Part shown: in pieces, positions 12,517-25,360 of the stretch
Numbering within the stretch: the stretch's first letter is position 1
How the letters are laid out: each line of letters opens with the position of its first letter
Origin: Podarcis liolepis
Lineage: Eukaryota
Assembly: GCA_965112155.1 (NCBI GenBank)
Contig: OZ218098.1
Length of the DNA stretch: 64,000 nt
Strand: one strand, 5' to 3'
Notes under the pieces: model-generated
Seen by the model: the letters and a program-made list of their open reading frames with translations, nothing else
What the model was told of the DNA's origin: nothing
Databases searched by the model: none
Position numbers and translations under genes: made by a program

Positions 12517-13601
12517 TAGTTAATTGGATATTGCCCATTGTCTGGACTAATCAGATAATGATAAAGTCCACATAGTTATGGAGAGGAAGCATTCTTACTT
12601 AGTTCATAACCTGAAAAGGCTATTTTAATGCACTTAGGCTCTCATGCAAAATTCAACAGCGTCAGGTTCTTCTAGATTAAAATAATACAAGTTTCTCTTT
12701 GTTGTTGTTGTTTTAATGCATAGGAATGATGGTTACACAGTGGGTTGGTTAACACAAGGCATTCCATTTGCAAGTACTCTTGTTTGAAAGAGAGCACCAA
12801 GGTTGCTAAGTGAAATACTCAAAGCGAGCAAATGCCAAAGCTTAATTAAAGATTGAATCACAGAGCAAAGGCACAAAGGCATTTTTCTACCACAGTAACA
12901 GTCACAAACTAAAAACCGCAGCTATATAAGATAGCTAGTTAGCATGGGCAAGGGGGCCCCGGTAGTAATATCATTTTTGGCAAATGTGTTCCCTGTTGTC
13001 CATCTTGTTAAAAGCTTTGTATGTAATAAGCTTTGCATTTTGCAAATAATTCAGCATACTGTAATTGAGCACATTTTGCATATTTTCAGCAGAATTGTAA
13101 CCCTCAGGCAAGAGTAAACTCTAGAAATCTTAATACAATCTCATTGTGATGTGGATTGTCCATCTACAGCCCATTCTTCCACCATCTGTAATTACCTGTA
13201 ATTACAAAAAAAACGATATTACTGGGTCTGGCCCATAGTGCTTTGATCCCAGTAACTTAGGTCCCTTTTCACCAGTCACGTACAGTAAAGGCTTAAATAT
13301 AGGCTGAGAGCAAACAACTTTGTGTACGTCTAACAACCTTGAAGTTGCTCAAGGAAGCTCCAAGTCTGAGGATTTATGGGTTCTGAGATAATCTGAAGTG
13401 ATTTTTAAAGTACTTTCATATAGGTGGAAAGGTTAGAACTGTTTTGCAATTCATTTCACAAGAAAAACCTCAACTAAAGTCTAGTATACTTTTTATGGAT
13501 CAGTCCCAGAGGTACAGTTTGAGAAACTAGTTCCAACAAAATGGATTGGTTCCAGACTTAATCATATTTGGTGTAGGGCCACTTGTATGAGTGGGAGCCT
13601 G

Positions 13602-13681
13602 CAATCCTAGCCTCATTTACCTGGGAGTAAGCCCCACTGAATTCAGTAGGACTTACTCCTGAGCAGACATGGTTAGGATTG
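13602..13681. mobile_element. Short palindromic MITE-like repeat (80 bp)
   Basis: caatccta...ggagtaag cccc actg aatt cagt agga cttactcc...taggattg folds back on itself; resembles a widespread squamate hairpin repeat. Confidence 0.6.
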
Positions 13682-14919
13682 TATTGTAACTCTGACTCCA
13701 ACCCAGTGTTTCACACTTTGTGTACAAGTGTTGTTCACAGTTCACCAGCAGCAACATCCTTCCCATAGTGTATAAGTAATAACTTGGACTATAAGGCAGT
13801 GCCCTTGCCTACTTCAACTCTTGAAAGACTTAGGTGAGGATTGTCATCTGGGGAAAAAAATCAATGCACATTTATAGCAAAAGATCATGTAAATAAGGTA
13901 TGAACATAATAAAAATCTGAACAACTGAGTTATGCAGTAAAACTTGATGGGTTACCTAATCAAATCTATGAGGGTGATAAAAATGGTTTATTATCTCCCT
14001 TAATCCATAACTTCTAAGAGTCATATAACCTAAAGCAGTGGAAGTATTAGGTCTGGATAGAGTGCTTTAAGGACTGAGCAGCTATGCTGGATGAAGAATG
14101 AGAACATGAGTGTCACTGTTTTTTACTAGAGTTGTAGGCACCTGAAGATTTAATTCTGTGGAGTGTAAATGTCTCCATGCTTCCATGCTTCCTTCGTGAT
14201 ATTATTGATTATATGACACTGAATATTGTGCATGATACCTTGGGCATATTGCATTATTACTTTGGACAGTGCACCACATTCCCCATTTTAAATTATTGAA
14301 GCAACTTCCATTTTTAAGTGCTGATCCAGACAGCTCTGCTCAACAGCTGCTTGCACTCCCTGGTCATGAAGATGCTGGCCCTTTCCCACCATAGACCAGC
14401 AGAGAAGCCTGCTTCACCTCTGCTAGCTGATTGACAGCCCTACCTGGGTTCAAATGCCAGGGACTGGGGGCCATATCTTTCCCAGCTGAGATGTGCTTCA
14501 CCTGGGAACTTTACATTTTCTCTGAGGTGACATATAGAGACAAACTGCTGGCATTTGCCTGGGATAATATCCCTTGGGGAGAGCTTGAGGTAAGAGAGGA
14601 GGGGCAAGCCAGATGAAGGGGATGCAACACAGGCAGTTTGTGGATGTTTTGCATGCTAGCCCCTTCTCTATCCAGAAGAATTAGAGTTGTGCTATCAGCC
14701 AGCCTTCTGGCCTGTTGATGCTGCAGCTGAACACCAGGTCATTTTTCAGTAAGCTCTCCCTCGTCTATTTGATTCACATGTGGAGGAGCGTTTCTAAGTA
14801 GTACAGCCTGGACCTAAGAGCAGGATGGAACTGATGGTGGTCTGTTTGTTCCTAAAGCTGTTTGAAGATGAAAATGCTTGTATCCACCAGGACCTTAACT
14901 CCTCCTCCTCCTCCTCTTC

Positions 14920-15230
14920 TTCTTCTATTTGCATGCCACCCTATACCCATAGATCGCAGGGTGGTTCACAACATAAAATTACAATATATTAAAAAATACA
15001 TAATAAAAGTAAGAACAAAAGCAAAGCAATAATTCCTCCCTTCCACATTTAAAAGGGCATTGGTGTCCATCAGCCAAAGACCTGTTTATAGTGAAGGTAC
15101 CAGCCAAACATCTCTGAGGAGAGCATTCCACAAGCAAGGAGTCACTGCAGAAAAGGCCGGTTCTCATGTCTGCCACCCTCTGGACCTCTTATGGAGGAGG
15201 CACATGAAGAAGGGCCTCAGAGGATGATCT
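14920..15230 (-). mobile_element. L2 LINE 3' fragment
   Basis: Reverse strand reads ggccttttctgcagtgactccttgcttgtggaatgc (AFS..P.LWN) followed by an AT-rich 3' UTR ending gtgaaccaccctg...gggtggcatgcaaatag. Confidence 0.7.
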
Positions 15231-15364
15231 CCTATTAGAGAAGGTCTCAAGAGGTCTAGTCCTGTTTTGTTAGATGAATTACAGGTGGTATGGCTTGAGG
15301 ATGTGGACCTGTTGAGTACAAAATATTTTAGGTTCAGCAAATTATGATACTTGGATATAAATGA

Positions 15365-15542
15365 GGGATGTGTTGTTGTTTAGTGAGTATGCTACTGTCT
15401 AAGGTTCAGTCTCTGGCATTTCCCCCTAAAAGGATCTATAGTTCAACTAGGAAATTCATGGGAAGCTGCTAAAGGTCAGAGTAGATAGCACTGGGTTAGA
15501 AGACCAATGGTCTGACTTGATCTAAAGCAGCTTTATAAGTTC
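15365..15542 (+). mobile_element. Degenerate Squam3-like SINE
   Basis: ggttcagtctctggcattt...gtcagagtagatagcactgggttagaagaccaatggtctgacttgatctaaagcagct. Confidence 0.55.
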
Positions 15543-18526
15543 TTTAGCAAAAACCAAAGTGCAGTAGCCATGATCTAGACTATTTGGCCTGCATGCATAG
15601 TTGAACTGAAGAAGCTGTGTGAACAAGGCACTGTTGGTACAGAATGTGCCTAGTATTTTCTTAAATACTCAGCCCAGAAGCTTCCTTTCTTGTGTCCTTT
15701 CCATAATGCATCAGTTTCTGAAATCATCAATTTCATCACTCAGATATGTATTTAAACTGGATCAAGTGCTTTCATGTCATCATTTTGCAGCACATGCAAA
15801 TATATTTTTGTTTGTTTTGCTAATCACTCATTCCAGACTGCAGTCAAAAGCAACTAAGCGTCCTCATTCCCTTTAAAATATGTCTTCTTTGTTGATAAGG
15901 AGTGTGGATGTATGTTCAGTTAATGCTCATTAATGCCACAAAAGCCACCCACACCTGTGTGTACAGTGGTAATTCACACACCTCAATTATTAGATCTGTT
16001 AGGGAGTCTCTTGAAAAGAGATTGGGGGAGAGGGCATTGCTTATCATTACATTTCTGCCCCCTGTTGTGCCGGCAATGCAAGTTTCTGACCAGAATCTCA
16101 CATTCTGACTGATTCTGTAAAGGAATAATTATGTTCTGAATATGCATGGAATTTTAAACTATTTTTGGACTACATTTTTCAAGCAAAGGAACTATATTTC
16201 TAATATGAAATGTGGTGGTGATATAATAATTAGTGTTGGGTTCTGCATCTTTCTGTGACTATTTTCAGATATGGTAGGGACTGCTGCATCTTTTGCCCCA
16301 GTGTGCAAAACAGAATCCATAAGGTCTTACCTGTCTCTATACACACATGAAGGTGTGGTATAAGAGGTTGGGGCTATTGAGATGTTTGTGTTTATTTCTC
16401 ACATAGGCTCCCCCGCCAAACTCATTACTCAAAAGGGAATAATGAACAAAGGCTGTCAGAAGAGTAGTCCACAGCATGACCTGCACCATATGGCATTAGG
16501 GAGATAGATTGCATGTGCTAATTTAGACCTCTGCCTTCATTAACATTTTCTTATGTTTTCCCCAAATTAACTACCATGCTGACTCAACAGTCAAGGAATA
16601 CTTGTCAAGGAACCAATTCCTTAGAATTGGTTAATATTATATCTGGATCAGCTGAAGACAGAAATGCTACCTGATCTTCTTTCAGTCATGTTCCCTGACA
16701 TGTTTCATTTGCATAGCTGCTTTTTTCCATCTGTAATGCCAGTAACACCCTTTTTCATCTGCTGAGGTTTTCGTTGTTTGTCTCTAAATTCTCACTAGGA
16801 AAGAAACAACCAAGTCATAAAATATTTCAGTGCATGACATGAACAGGCAGTTGCAGACCAGAAGCAATGCTTAGTAAATTGTATATTCCACTATTCCTTC
16901 CCCTGTCATTCCATTGCCAATACTGTATGGAATTTAAGAGCCTTCTGCTTTCACTTTTTCTATAAGTTCCTGCTCCAGTTCCGCATGATCCCCAGAGCCT
17001 TGTTTTATTCTGTATAAAACTGTAATACCCTTTTATAGTTATATTTAACATTTTAAACCACTTCACCCACAGGCCTCAGATGGAATCAATACATGGTTGT
17101 ATTTTGGCTTATTTCATGGCATGTGTACTCAGAAACCATATGCTTAGATCACAACTGGATAGTGAAATATACAGGCAGTTAAGTCAGATTAGCCTGCCCA
17201 TCACTCACTCATCACATTGGCATATCTTTGCATTGTTAGTGTAGAAGAATAACATGGAATTTGTCTCGGTTTGTGTAATATAGATCTACCATCAGGTTGG
17301 GTCAAATGAAATTACCTTGGGGATTCTCAGACAGTAGAAGTTTTGCCCTAGTTAGTTAGTTTGTTGATAGTGATTCTGGCTTCCTTTATCCCTGTTTTGG
17401 CTGATATCCCTCATATCTTGCTTTGAACCAAGCACACCTTGTGCAGTAGTACCATTTGTTAAGTCTATTTTTAAATATAATATTTGACTGAGAAATACAC
17501 ATGCTCCACTGTTCTCATTAGCCCATGTTCTGTGGTAGCAGTCTTCACCCAGAAGAAAGGGAAATCCAAAGATCTTAAGAAGAAAAAGCTTTCCATTATC
17601 CCATAGACCTTTCCCAACAGGCCAGTTAATGGCTAATTGAAGAAAAATTCTACTAATTAATCATCAGTGTGCATTTACCTCCGGAATCTGGAAATGGGGG
17701 CCTCTATTTGCGGGAACTAACATTTGTACATTGCAAGTCTGGAGGAAACTTGCAGCTCAATTTTATTGCCTTTACCTAGGTGCTTCTAATGACTGATGTA
17801 TCAATAAAACTATTTTGTGTCATTAAAGCAGCTATATGTTTATACCTTTTGAAAATGAATTTCCTCTCCTGCCTGGTGTGTAATACCAATTAATTTGAAA
17901 TACGGCTATGGTTATTTCCATTCATAAAACCTTAGACAGTGTCTTGCATCATAGTGAACTGGCTCTTCCATTAAGCAGCATCTCGCCAGCAAATCTTTGG
18001 TCAGATTCTGTCATATGTGACGTGCAACGTGATATTTGTGCTTACTGTACATTGTATTTAAAGCATATGCATGTGAAGAACAACTTTGGTAGGAAGACTG
18101 TTTCTTTCCTGACTTTTGGATGCTTTCCCTGTGCATCCAAATGTTTAATGTTTCTGGCATTTCAGTACACTTTATTTTAATCCCAGTGGGGTGTATTGTG
18201 AAATTGCTAGCTATTTCCAGGCAGTCTGAAATATAGAAGGTTAAACGCATCAAAGAAATAGTTGTTATGGTTTATGATGTTTTGTAAGCGTGAAGGAATT
18301 GTATCTTTTTGTTTTCGTTAAGGCTTTACTAGCGTTCATTGTTGCAGTGCAAAATTGTACCTTGGCCAGAGCTGTATTCATAGAGTGTAATGAGCATAGC
18401 ATGAGACAGAGAAAGCAGGAAGGGTTTCTGGCACAAATATGAGGAATGGATCAGCAAACAACAACAGCCTAGACAACAGTATAGAACATTTGTAGAAATA
18501 CACTCAAATGGAATTGGAGGATAGGT

Positions 18527-18594
18527 GATCCCCAGTTGGGATCATTCAAGTGAAGATCATTCAAGATCCCCAGTTGGGATCATTCAAGTGAAGA
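18527..18594. repeat. Local 30-bp direct duplication with 8-bp templated spacer
   Basis: GATCCCCAGTTGGGATCATTCAAGTGAAGA at 18527-18556 and 18565-18594, separated by TCATTCAA. Confidence 0.9.
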
Positions 18595-19094
18595 AACAAG
18601 ACACCCAACTGGACAGTAACAATGCTTTGTAAACTGGAGGTTCACTTTTTTCTCTCTGTCTATCTGTATTCCTAATATGACAGAAATTGGTTGTGCTCTT
18701 TAAAAACATTGGTGGGAATAGGGGATAGAAAATAGAGTATAGTTTTAATGGTTTATCTGAGATCCTAAGACTCTGCACATTTTTCTTCTCTAATGTTCTG
18801 TGTGACCGTATAAGATACCCTCTGTCTTTCATGGTCCATCTTAAAACGAAGATTCTTGAGAAGTTTATATTCGAGATTGCTATAGCTATAAATTAGTCAG
18901 AACTCTCTTGATAAGGATTGTGCTTCCTGTTTTGCGAGAAGGATTTTTCTTCAGGTCATATTCATCAGTGTGCATCATGGATTTTGTGCTGGTGTTTGCC
19001 CCTGTTTTCACTATAGCATGCAATGATTTGGATTATGTCAAGTAGTATGTGAATGTGAGCTAATGTGTGAATTGCTGGGTTGCCAGTTGTACAT

Positions 19095-19177
19095 ATGAAA
19101 AAAACCTAGGGGTCTTAGTGGACCACAAGCTTAACACGAGTCAACAGTGTAATGCATTAGCAAAAAAAGCTAATGCT
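19095..19177 (+). mobile_element. Small internal CR1 ORF2 fragment
   Basis: Encodes EKNLGVLVDHKLNTSQQCNALAKKANA, the conserved CR1 post-RT motif. Confidence 0.75.
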
Positions 19178-19201
19178 TGACCGCTGCTTAAGTTTCAAGT
19201 A

Positions 19202-19233
19202 ATCTGTAAAGAAACTGATCTGTAAAGAAACTG
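19202..19233. repeat. 16-bp tandem duplication
   Basis: ATCTGTAAAGAAACTG x2. Confidence 0.85.
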
Positions 19234-20957
19234 ACCTCCCAGTCCACTGGCCCTGACCATCCAACACTGCTGCTTGTCTTAGGCAGCACATCCTTCCTGA
19301 TGTTTATGTGTTGAAGCAGGCACATACTGGTGGTAAGATGTGTACAGGATAGGCTATTGATGTGCTTAGTTTTCCTGCAGGTTAGAACATGGTTACAGCC
19401 CCTCTCTCACCGGATTTTAAAGAACCTGGTCTTAAGGAGCACTCAGGTAATTTGTACAGCTGCCAGGTGTGAGTTGCTAACTTATTTTGCTTGGAATGTA
19501 TAGCTCAGGAATGCTCAAACCTGTTTAAATTCCCTTTGGGGACCTAATCCCCATGGAAACCTCTCATTCTACCAAGGAGAGAGGCTGAAAAAAATCTTCA
19601 GTACATTCCCATTAACACACAACTATCAAGCTGCACAGATCTCTTTGTGCAGTCACATGGTTAGCATCTTTTTAAAAAAAGTACAAACTCATATTTGGAG
19701 CTTACTCTTTGGCTTCAGTTTGTTAAACATGTAACTGTTCAGTCCTCTTAATTTTGTAGAAATGCATACAAATGTATGAGTTGTTAAGTATCAGGCTCCA
19801 AAAGGCTTACAGTGTTCAAAGGCTGCATTGCCTGCAGAGCTGCCCATTACTCTCCCCTAGCTAGTCCTTGAGCAATAAGAACCTGAAGTGCATTTGCCTG
19901 AAACAAGTATGCACTCCTTTCTCTCTGGATTCATGCTGCTTCCAAAAACATTGCTGAATGATCCTCAAATGTAGGGAATACTTAACAAGAACACTGAACA
20001 ATGGACACAGCCTAGTACTTGTGTGGGAAATATAATTGGAGTCCTTGTGCCCCACTCCCATACCCATTTTAACTCTGTACATCCTTCCTCCCTGTTTGGT
20101 AAGACCAGGAGAAATGTTTATTGCACATTTTAAACCAGTCTTCTCATTACATTAACAGAAATATTTGTGGCATGCTGCCATCAAAGAACGTGGAAGCAAG
20201 CTAATGAATGCTAATGATTTCCAAGTAGCTTGTCAATAGAACAAATTTAATAATCAGTGTTTTGCGATTCTACATTCATAAGTCAGTGTGTTGCTAGGGT
20301 ACAGAAGTCAGAGATACTGTCTTCTCCCATCTGCTTTGAGACTGATGGTGATCTGTATTTCCTGTCTGTGTCATTCTTCTAGCTTCAGGCCATAGCCTGG
20401 ATGAGGCAGTGCCAAAAATTAGATGAGGAATCTGTGAACACACTTTTTAATCCATAATCGCTCAATGTGAGAGAAGTATATGTGGCAAGTACATGTGACA
20501 ACTAGCAATGTGACTAGCTATTCTACAATCAGAAAATGCTACATATAGAATAGTAAGAGTTGATAGACAGATGAAGAAAAACAGTTTTCTTGTACATAAA
20601 GTTTAATGGTTTCAGTCCTAATTTCAACCATTAATCACTGTTGGCATACTTTGTACTTTAGTTCAATAGCCACAAATTTTAAAAAAGTAAATATTAAAAT
20701 ATATTTCTCAATATTATCCAGATAGATACAAATAGACACCCTTCATGTGAAAGCAGGCTTTGGTAGATTGAGCACAGGAGACCAACAGTGGGTCCAAGAG
20801 CCAAAAAGACAGTTTCTGCACATGCTGTAGAGAAAGTGAGGAGCAGATGGGCTCATCAATGTGGGAAGGTAACCCATCTAGGAGATGGAAAACACTTCGC
20901 TGTTGCTAACTTCAACCCCGGAGGAGCACTCCATTCTGTCTTGAGACAGATGAATGC

Positions 20958-20977
20958 CAGCAGCAGCAGCAGAAGCT

Positions 20978-21008
<31 letters not shown>

Positions 21009-21032
21009 CCACACACACACACACACACACAC
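20958..21032. repeat. Compound microsatellite (CAG)n-(AAC)n-(CA)n
   Basis: Read directly from the sequence. Confidence 0.9.
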
Positions 21033-21112
21033 AATTATATATCTTTTTAAGAGGAAGTAAACCTGTTGAAAGCATGCCCAATGTCCATATGAAAGCTATA
21101 GGCATCTCTTTA

Positions 21113-21532
21113 TGCAGGTCTGCCTTGTAGCAGATCAGACTGTTGGTCTGTCTAGCTCAGTAATGTATACAGTGGTACCTCCGGTTACATACGCTTCAGG
21201 TTACATACGCTTCAGGTTACAGACTCCGCTAACCCATAAATAGTGCTTCAGGTTAAGAACTTTGCTTCAGGATGAGAACAGAAATTGTGCTCCGGTGGCG
21301 CGGCTGCAGCAGGAGGCCCCATTAGCTAAAGTGGTGCTTCAAGTTAAGAACAGTTTCAGGTTAAGTACGGACCTCCGGAACGAATTAAGTACTTAACCCG
21401 AGGTACCACTGTATTGTGTCTCTGGCTCTGCAGAAGTCTTACCCACCACCTGCTAATTGAGCCTTTTAACAGGATTATACTTGGTGCCTTCTGCATATGA
21501 ATAATGGGCTCTACAGCTTGAACTGTGGTCCC
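21113..21532 (-). mobile_element. Degenerate Squam3-like SINE interrupted by a MITE
   Basis: ctgccttgtagcagatcagactgttggtctgtctagctcagtaatgta [MITE] ...tggctctgcag...gccttctgcatatg...gctctacagcttgaactgtggtccc. Confidence 0.55.
21170..21411. mobile_element. Tigger/pogo-like MITE (242 bp)
   Basis: TIRs CAGTGGTACCTC(C)GGTTA / TAACC(C)GAGGTACCACTG with TA on both sides (21168-21169 and 21412-21413). Confidence 0.9.
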
Positions 21533-21997
21533 TTTGTCATATTGCTGGTCCCTTCCTATAGGAATTATTGTCTGTATCTTATTTATATTTTATTGATCTT
21601 TCATTAGGCCTCTTGTGGCTCACCTAATCAGTTTGTTTGTTTATTTATTTTTACTTTGTACTTAACTGATCCATGGCAAAATGCTTAGGTGGGCTTTTTT
21701 TTTTTAAGTACATTCCTCTGGAAGCCTTCCAGGCTTTGACAGATGACAAGGGGAAGTCAGCCTCAAACTTAAGGAGCAGCCACTGAGAGTGCTTGCTCCA
21801 CAAAACTTGGCAATGGAATGTGCTGCTGATTACTGCTATGCAACCATGGGTATCCCAGAACCTAGCCTTAGGCTTTATCTGCCCATTCAGGAGAAATTGA
21901 GGTGGAATGAACTGTACCACTTCAAAACCAGGTTGTGATTCCAATTTTGAATAATCGCCCATGTAACAAATTCCCTGATGATAGAACTACATAAAGC

Positions 21998-22248
21998 AGA
22001 AGAAGAGGAGGAGGAGGAGTTTGGATTTGATATCCCGCTTTATCACTACCCGAAGGAGTCTCAAAACGGCTAACATTCTCCTTTCCCTTCTTCCCCCACA
22101 ACAAACACTCTGTGAGGTGAGTGGGGCTGAGAGACTTCAAAGAACTAGCCCAAGGTCACCCAGCAGCTGCATGTGGAAGAGCGGAGACACGAACCCGGTT
22201 CACCAGATTACGAGACTACTGCTCTTAACCACTACACCACACTTGCTC
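21998..22248 (-). mobile_element. MIR-like/CORE tRNA-derived SINE (relatively young subfamily) with (CTC/CTT)n tail
   Basis: The reverse strand begins with a tRNA-like head (gtgtggtgtagtggttaagagc...ccgggttcgtgtctcc), then core gggtgaccttgggctag and a simple-repeat tail at 21998-22019. Confidence 0.75.
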
Positions 22249-25197
22249 TTTTAAAGAGAGAGAGAGATTATGCACCTGCAGACTGAATAGGTAAAGTCCA
22301 TCCTATCACATCATTCTCTTGCATATGTGGTCCAGTGATAAGTCAAAGAGCATTTCAGGCCTGTAAATCTGAGGGCTGGTATACACTTGCAGCAGAATGA
22401 TGTGGTTAAACACTGAGGTTGCCCTGCAGGGAGAGCCAGTTCACTGCAGGTTTATAAATGCAAATAATAAATAAATATAACCACTGCAAACATTGCTAGC
22501 CAAAGGCTAAATGTGGCATTATGTATATATACCTGTCCAAGAGACAGGTTGTCTTTGTTTGCAGTCAGCTCTGAACAAGGATTTAATTCTAATAATACTC
22601 TGGGAATCCTGATTCCCAGTTATGCTGTTATTTTATATATTCTCGGATATTCCAGGCAAGCTGGGAGGAAGAACTAGTTATGTTAGTGTGTTGCAACTGA
22701 CATGAAGGTGTCCTTGCACTTGATTTTTGACCTTTCTCTTCCCCTCCCGGGACAGAATATGTCACTTCACTTTCTTGGTCTTTGGCTTTTACTGCAGTCA
22801 TGTCAATATTCACTTAACACAAAAGGGCATCTCTTTCAATAATGCACATCAAAGGTGTTTTGCTATAAAAACTTGGACAATCCAAGCAAGCCTTATGCAA
22901 CATATTATACAGCATCTGGGTTAAGGGCAGCTTGGAGAGTTCTGTTTTAAAAAAGCAAGAGGAGCTTTATAGCAAGTAATCTATAGCTGTATAGAGATGG
23001 ATAAAGCAGTAGTTGGGTAGGATGTACACCACTTTGGGATTAGGTGTTTTTGTGTGTGTGTGTGTGACCCTTTCATAGTTTGGGAGGATTCAGTGTTTAA
23101 CATTTTCAAGAACAATCAAAGCAGAACATCGAACAGATATTTTATGCTTCTGGAGTTAAGTTTACATGCAGTAGCAAGGGAATTGAAAGGTTTTAGCAGG
23201 CATGCATAGAATAGTGGATGATGAGGGGAGTGGATTTGCCTTAGGGCTCCCTGTTAATGAGAAAATATCAGTTCCATTCACCACGGCTGTGTGTATCTGC
23301 CTGTTCCACCCATGAGAATAAACACCCATCATGATAAAATAAGAAAATTATAGGAAGAAATGAGACATTGAAAGATTATCTAGTCTGTCTCCCCACCCAA
23401 CTGGGACCAATTATCCTTATTACCATCCCTGATGCAAGAAAAACACTTAAATTTCATAATGTAATAATTTCCAGCCATAATAGTGTGTGTTTTCCATAGG
23501 GTGTAAATTGAATAATAAAGTGACTGATGTCAGTGGAGTTCCCAAATACAGATCTCAAGTCCAGCCCTGTGAATCTTTCTATTTTAGTACAGAAGAGTTC
23601 AGTAGTTACGTTTGATTTTTTTTTAACAGGGTATGACATATTCTGTTGACTAGGCTTTCCCCAAAATCATTAAAGGGATATCAGTTCTGTAAAAATGTTT
23701 GCTGACAATATGCCTAGCTGAGCTTTGAAGCAAAAGTTAGGTGCATGACAGAATACCAGCCATCTGGCAACCAAACATATTTCACTCCTACCTAACCTCT
23801 GACTTCAGAATTGTCAGAGCCTTCCTATAGCACCTGTTCTGTAGGGCAGGGATTTCTGTTTCAGAACCCTTCAAGTGATGGTGATGATTATGCTCCCAAA
23901 TAATAATAATCTAAGCTGCAGCTGTTGAATTTTAAAAGTTTCCTCCACATAAAAAGTTATGCTTTGCTTTTACATTTTAAGGGCTGTGCTGTATAGCACG
24001 CAAATCATAGCAAAGCCAGTGTGCATTTCTTCATTGCAATGAAATGTGACGTTAAGCTATTACTTGAAAACTGTTTTCCAGTGTAAATTTTATGCCTACC
24101 ATGGGAAACAGTGGTAGCTATGTTCATTGTTATAACCTTGATGGGGAAGCCCAGTCTGCTTGTTCATTTAATCATGCAAGGAACTGAGGATTCTTGTATC
24201 CTCACCCACTTTTGCTTCCTGACTTCTACTCACAGTGATAATATGTAGTGAATGTTGTGATTGCGTAAATTCTTGCTGTTTAAAAAAAAAAAGTATGTAG
24301 AAATGAAATATTTATTTTAATCTCTGGATAAATTGCATAATTTAGAAATACATTTAATTTGCATATTCTAAAAGCACATCCAGGATTCAAGTAGGCAATT
24401 TATTTGCAGGCATAGAGATCTGAATCTCAGCCCATGAGAGGAAGGGTAGGCAAAAGTCTGGAAAGCCTAGACATGGAGATGTGGAACAAAGCCATAGGGT
24501 TAAATATTAACAAGGTTGGGGGACCCAAAATTGTCTGTTGGATCAGAGTTAGCTAGCTTGTACAGTCAAAGAAGACAATGTAGGATGGCCCTGTTTATAG
24601 AAAAGAATCAGTAGCATATATGACAAATTTTGTCCTAGTTGTTCAGTTTCCTGTCTTGAGAATACGGAGAAAATTGGTAAGATCAGAACCAGCTGTTCTC
24701 CAGGTTTCTTTCACCGAGTGGACTGCACTGCGCCAGGTGGGAGATGAACTGTAGCTTTTAATGGCATGTATTTTCTCTGCTGAGATCGCCTATGATGACA
24801 GAGATAGAATTTTTTTAAATAAAATAAAAATAATTAAGCTGATGGGGTATTTTCCCAGCTTGTAGTACTGTAAGCTTATTACCTGCCCTCAGGCTCTGGA
24901 ACACTGGTAAGCTGTTTGCTTACAATATAAGCCCTGGAAACAGATGGTCAGTCCCCTGCTATTGCTGTCATCCAAAGGCAGCCTTGGCCTTGTTGTATAA
25001 GGGAGACTTCCGATTCCATCAACGAGGCAGAAATATTAGTTTCTGACAAATAAATCATCCCCATCCCTTCTACTAATTGTAGAACACATTTCAGGGTCCA
25101 CGGTTTTCTCTTTTCAGTGTGTTAGGCACTTGGGTTTATGTAGTTTTTTCCGCCACGTGCTTTCCTTTGTGGCAAGAATGCTTATATGTAATGTTGC

Positions 25198-25360
25198 ATA
25201 GAGGCTGCCCCATAGAGAGTCGGCCAATCTCAGTTTTCTCTGTACTCCCTGGTAGTGTCTCTCTAGGGTTTTAGACGGGAGACTTTCACAAACCTACCTG
25301 GAGATGCTGGATATTGAACACAAGACCTTCAGATGTTCAACCCATTGAGCTACAGCCCTT
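25198..25360 (-). mobile_element. Degenerate Squam3-like SINE
   Basis: ctctagggttttagacggga...cctacctggagatgctggatattgaac...gaccttc...cccattgagctacagccc. Confidence 0.6.

Noticed and set aside
18527-18594. Repeat-spacer-repeat resembling a minimal CRISPR
   Set aside because: Vertebrate DNA, only two units, an 8-bp spacer derived from the repeat and no cas genes.
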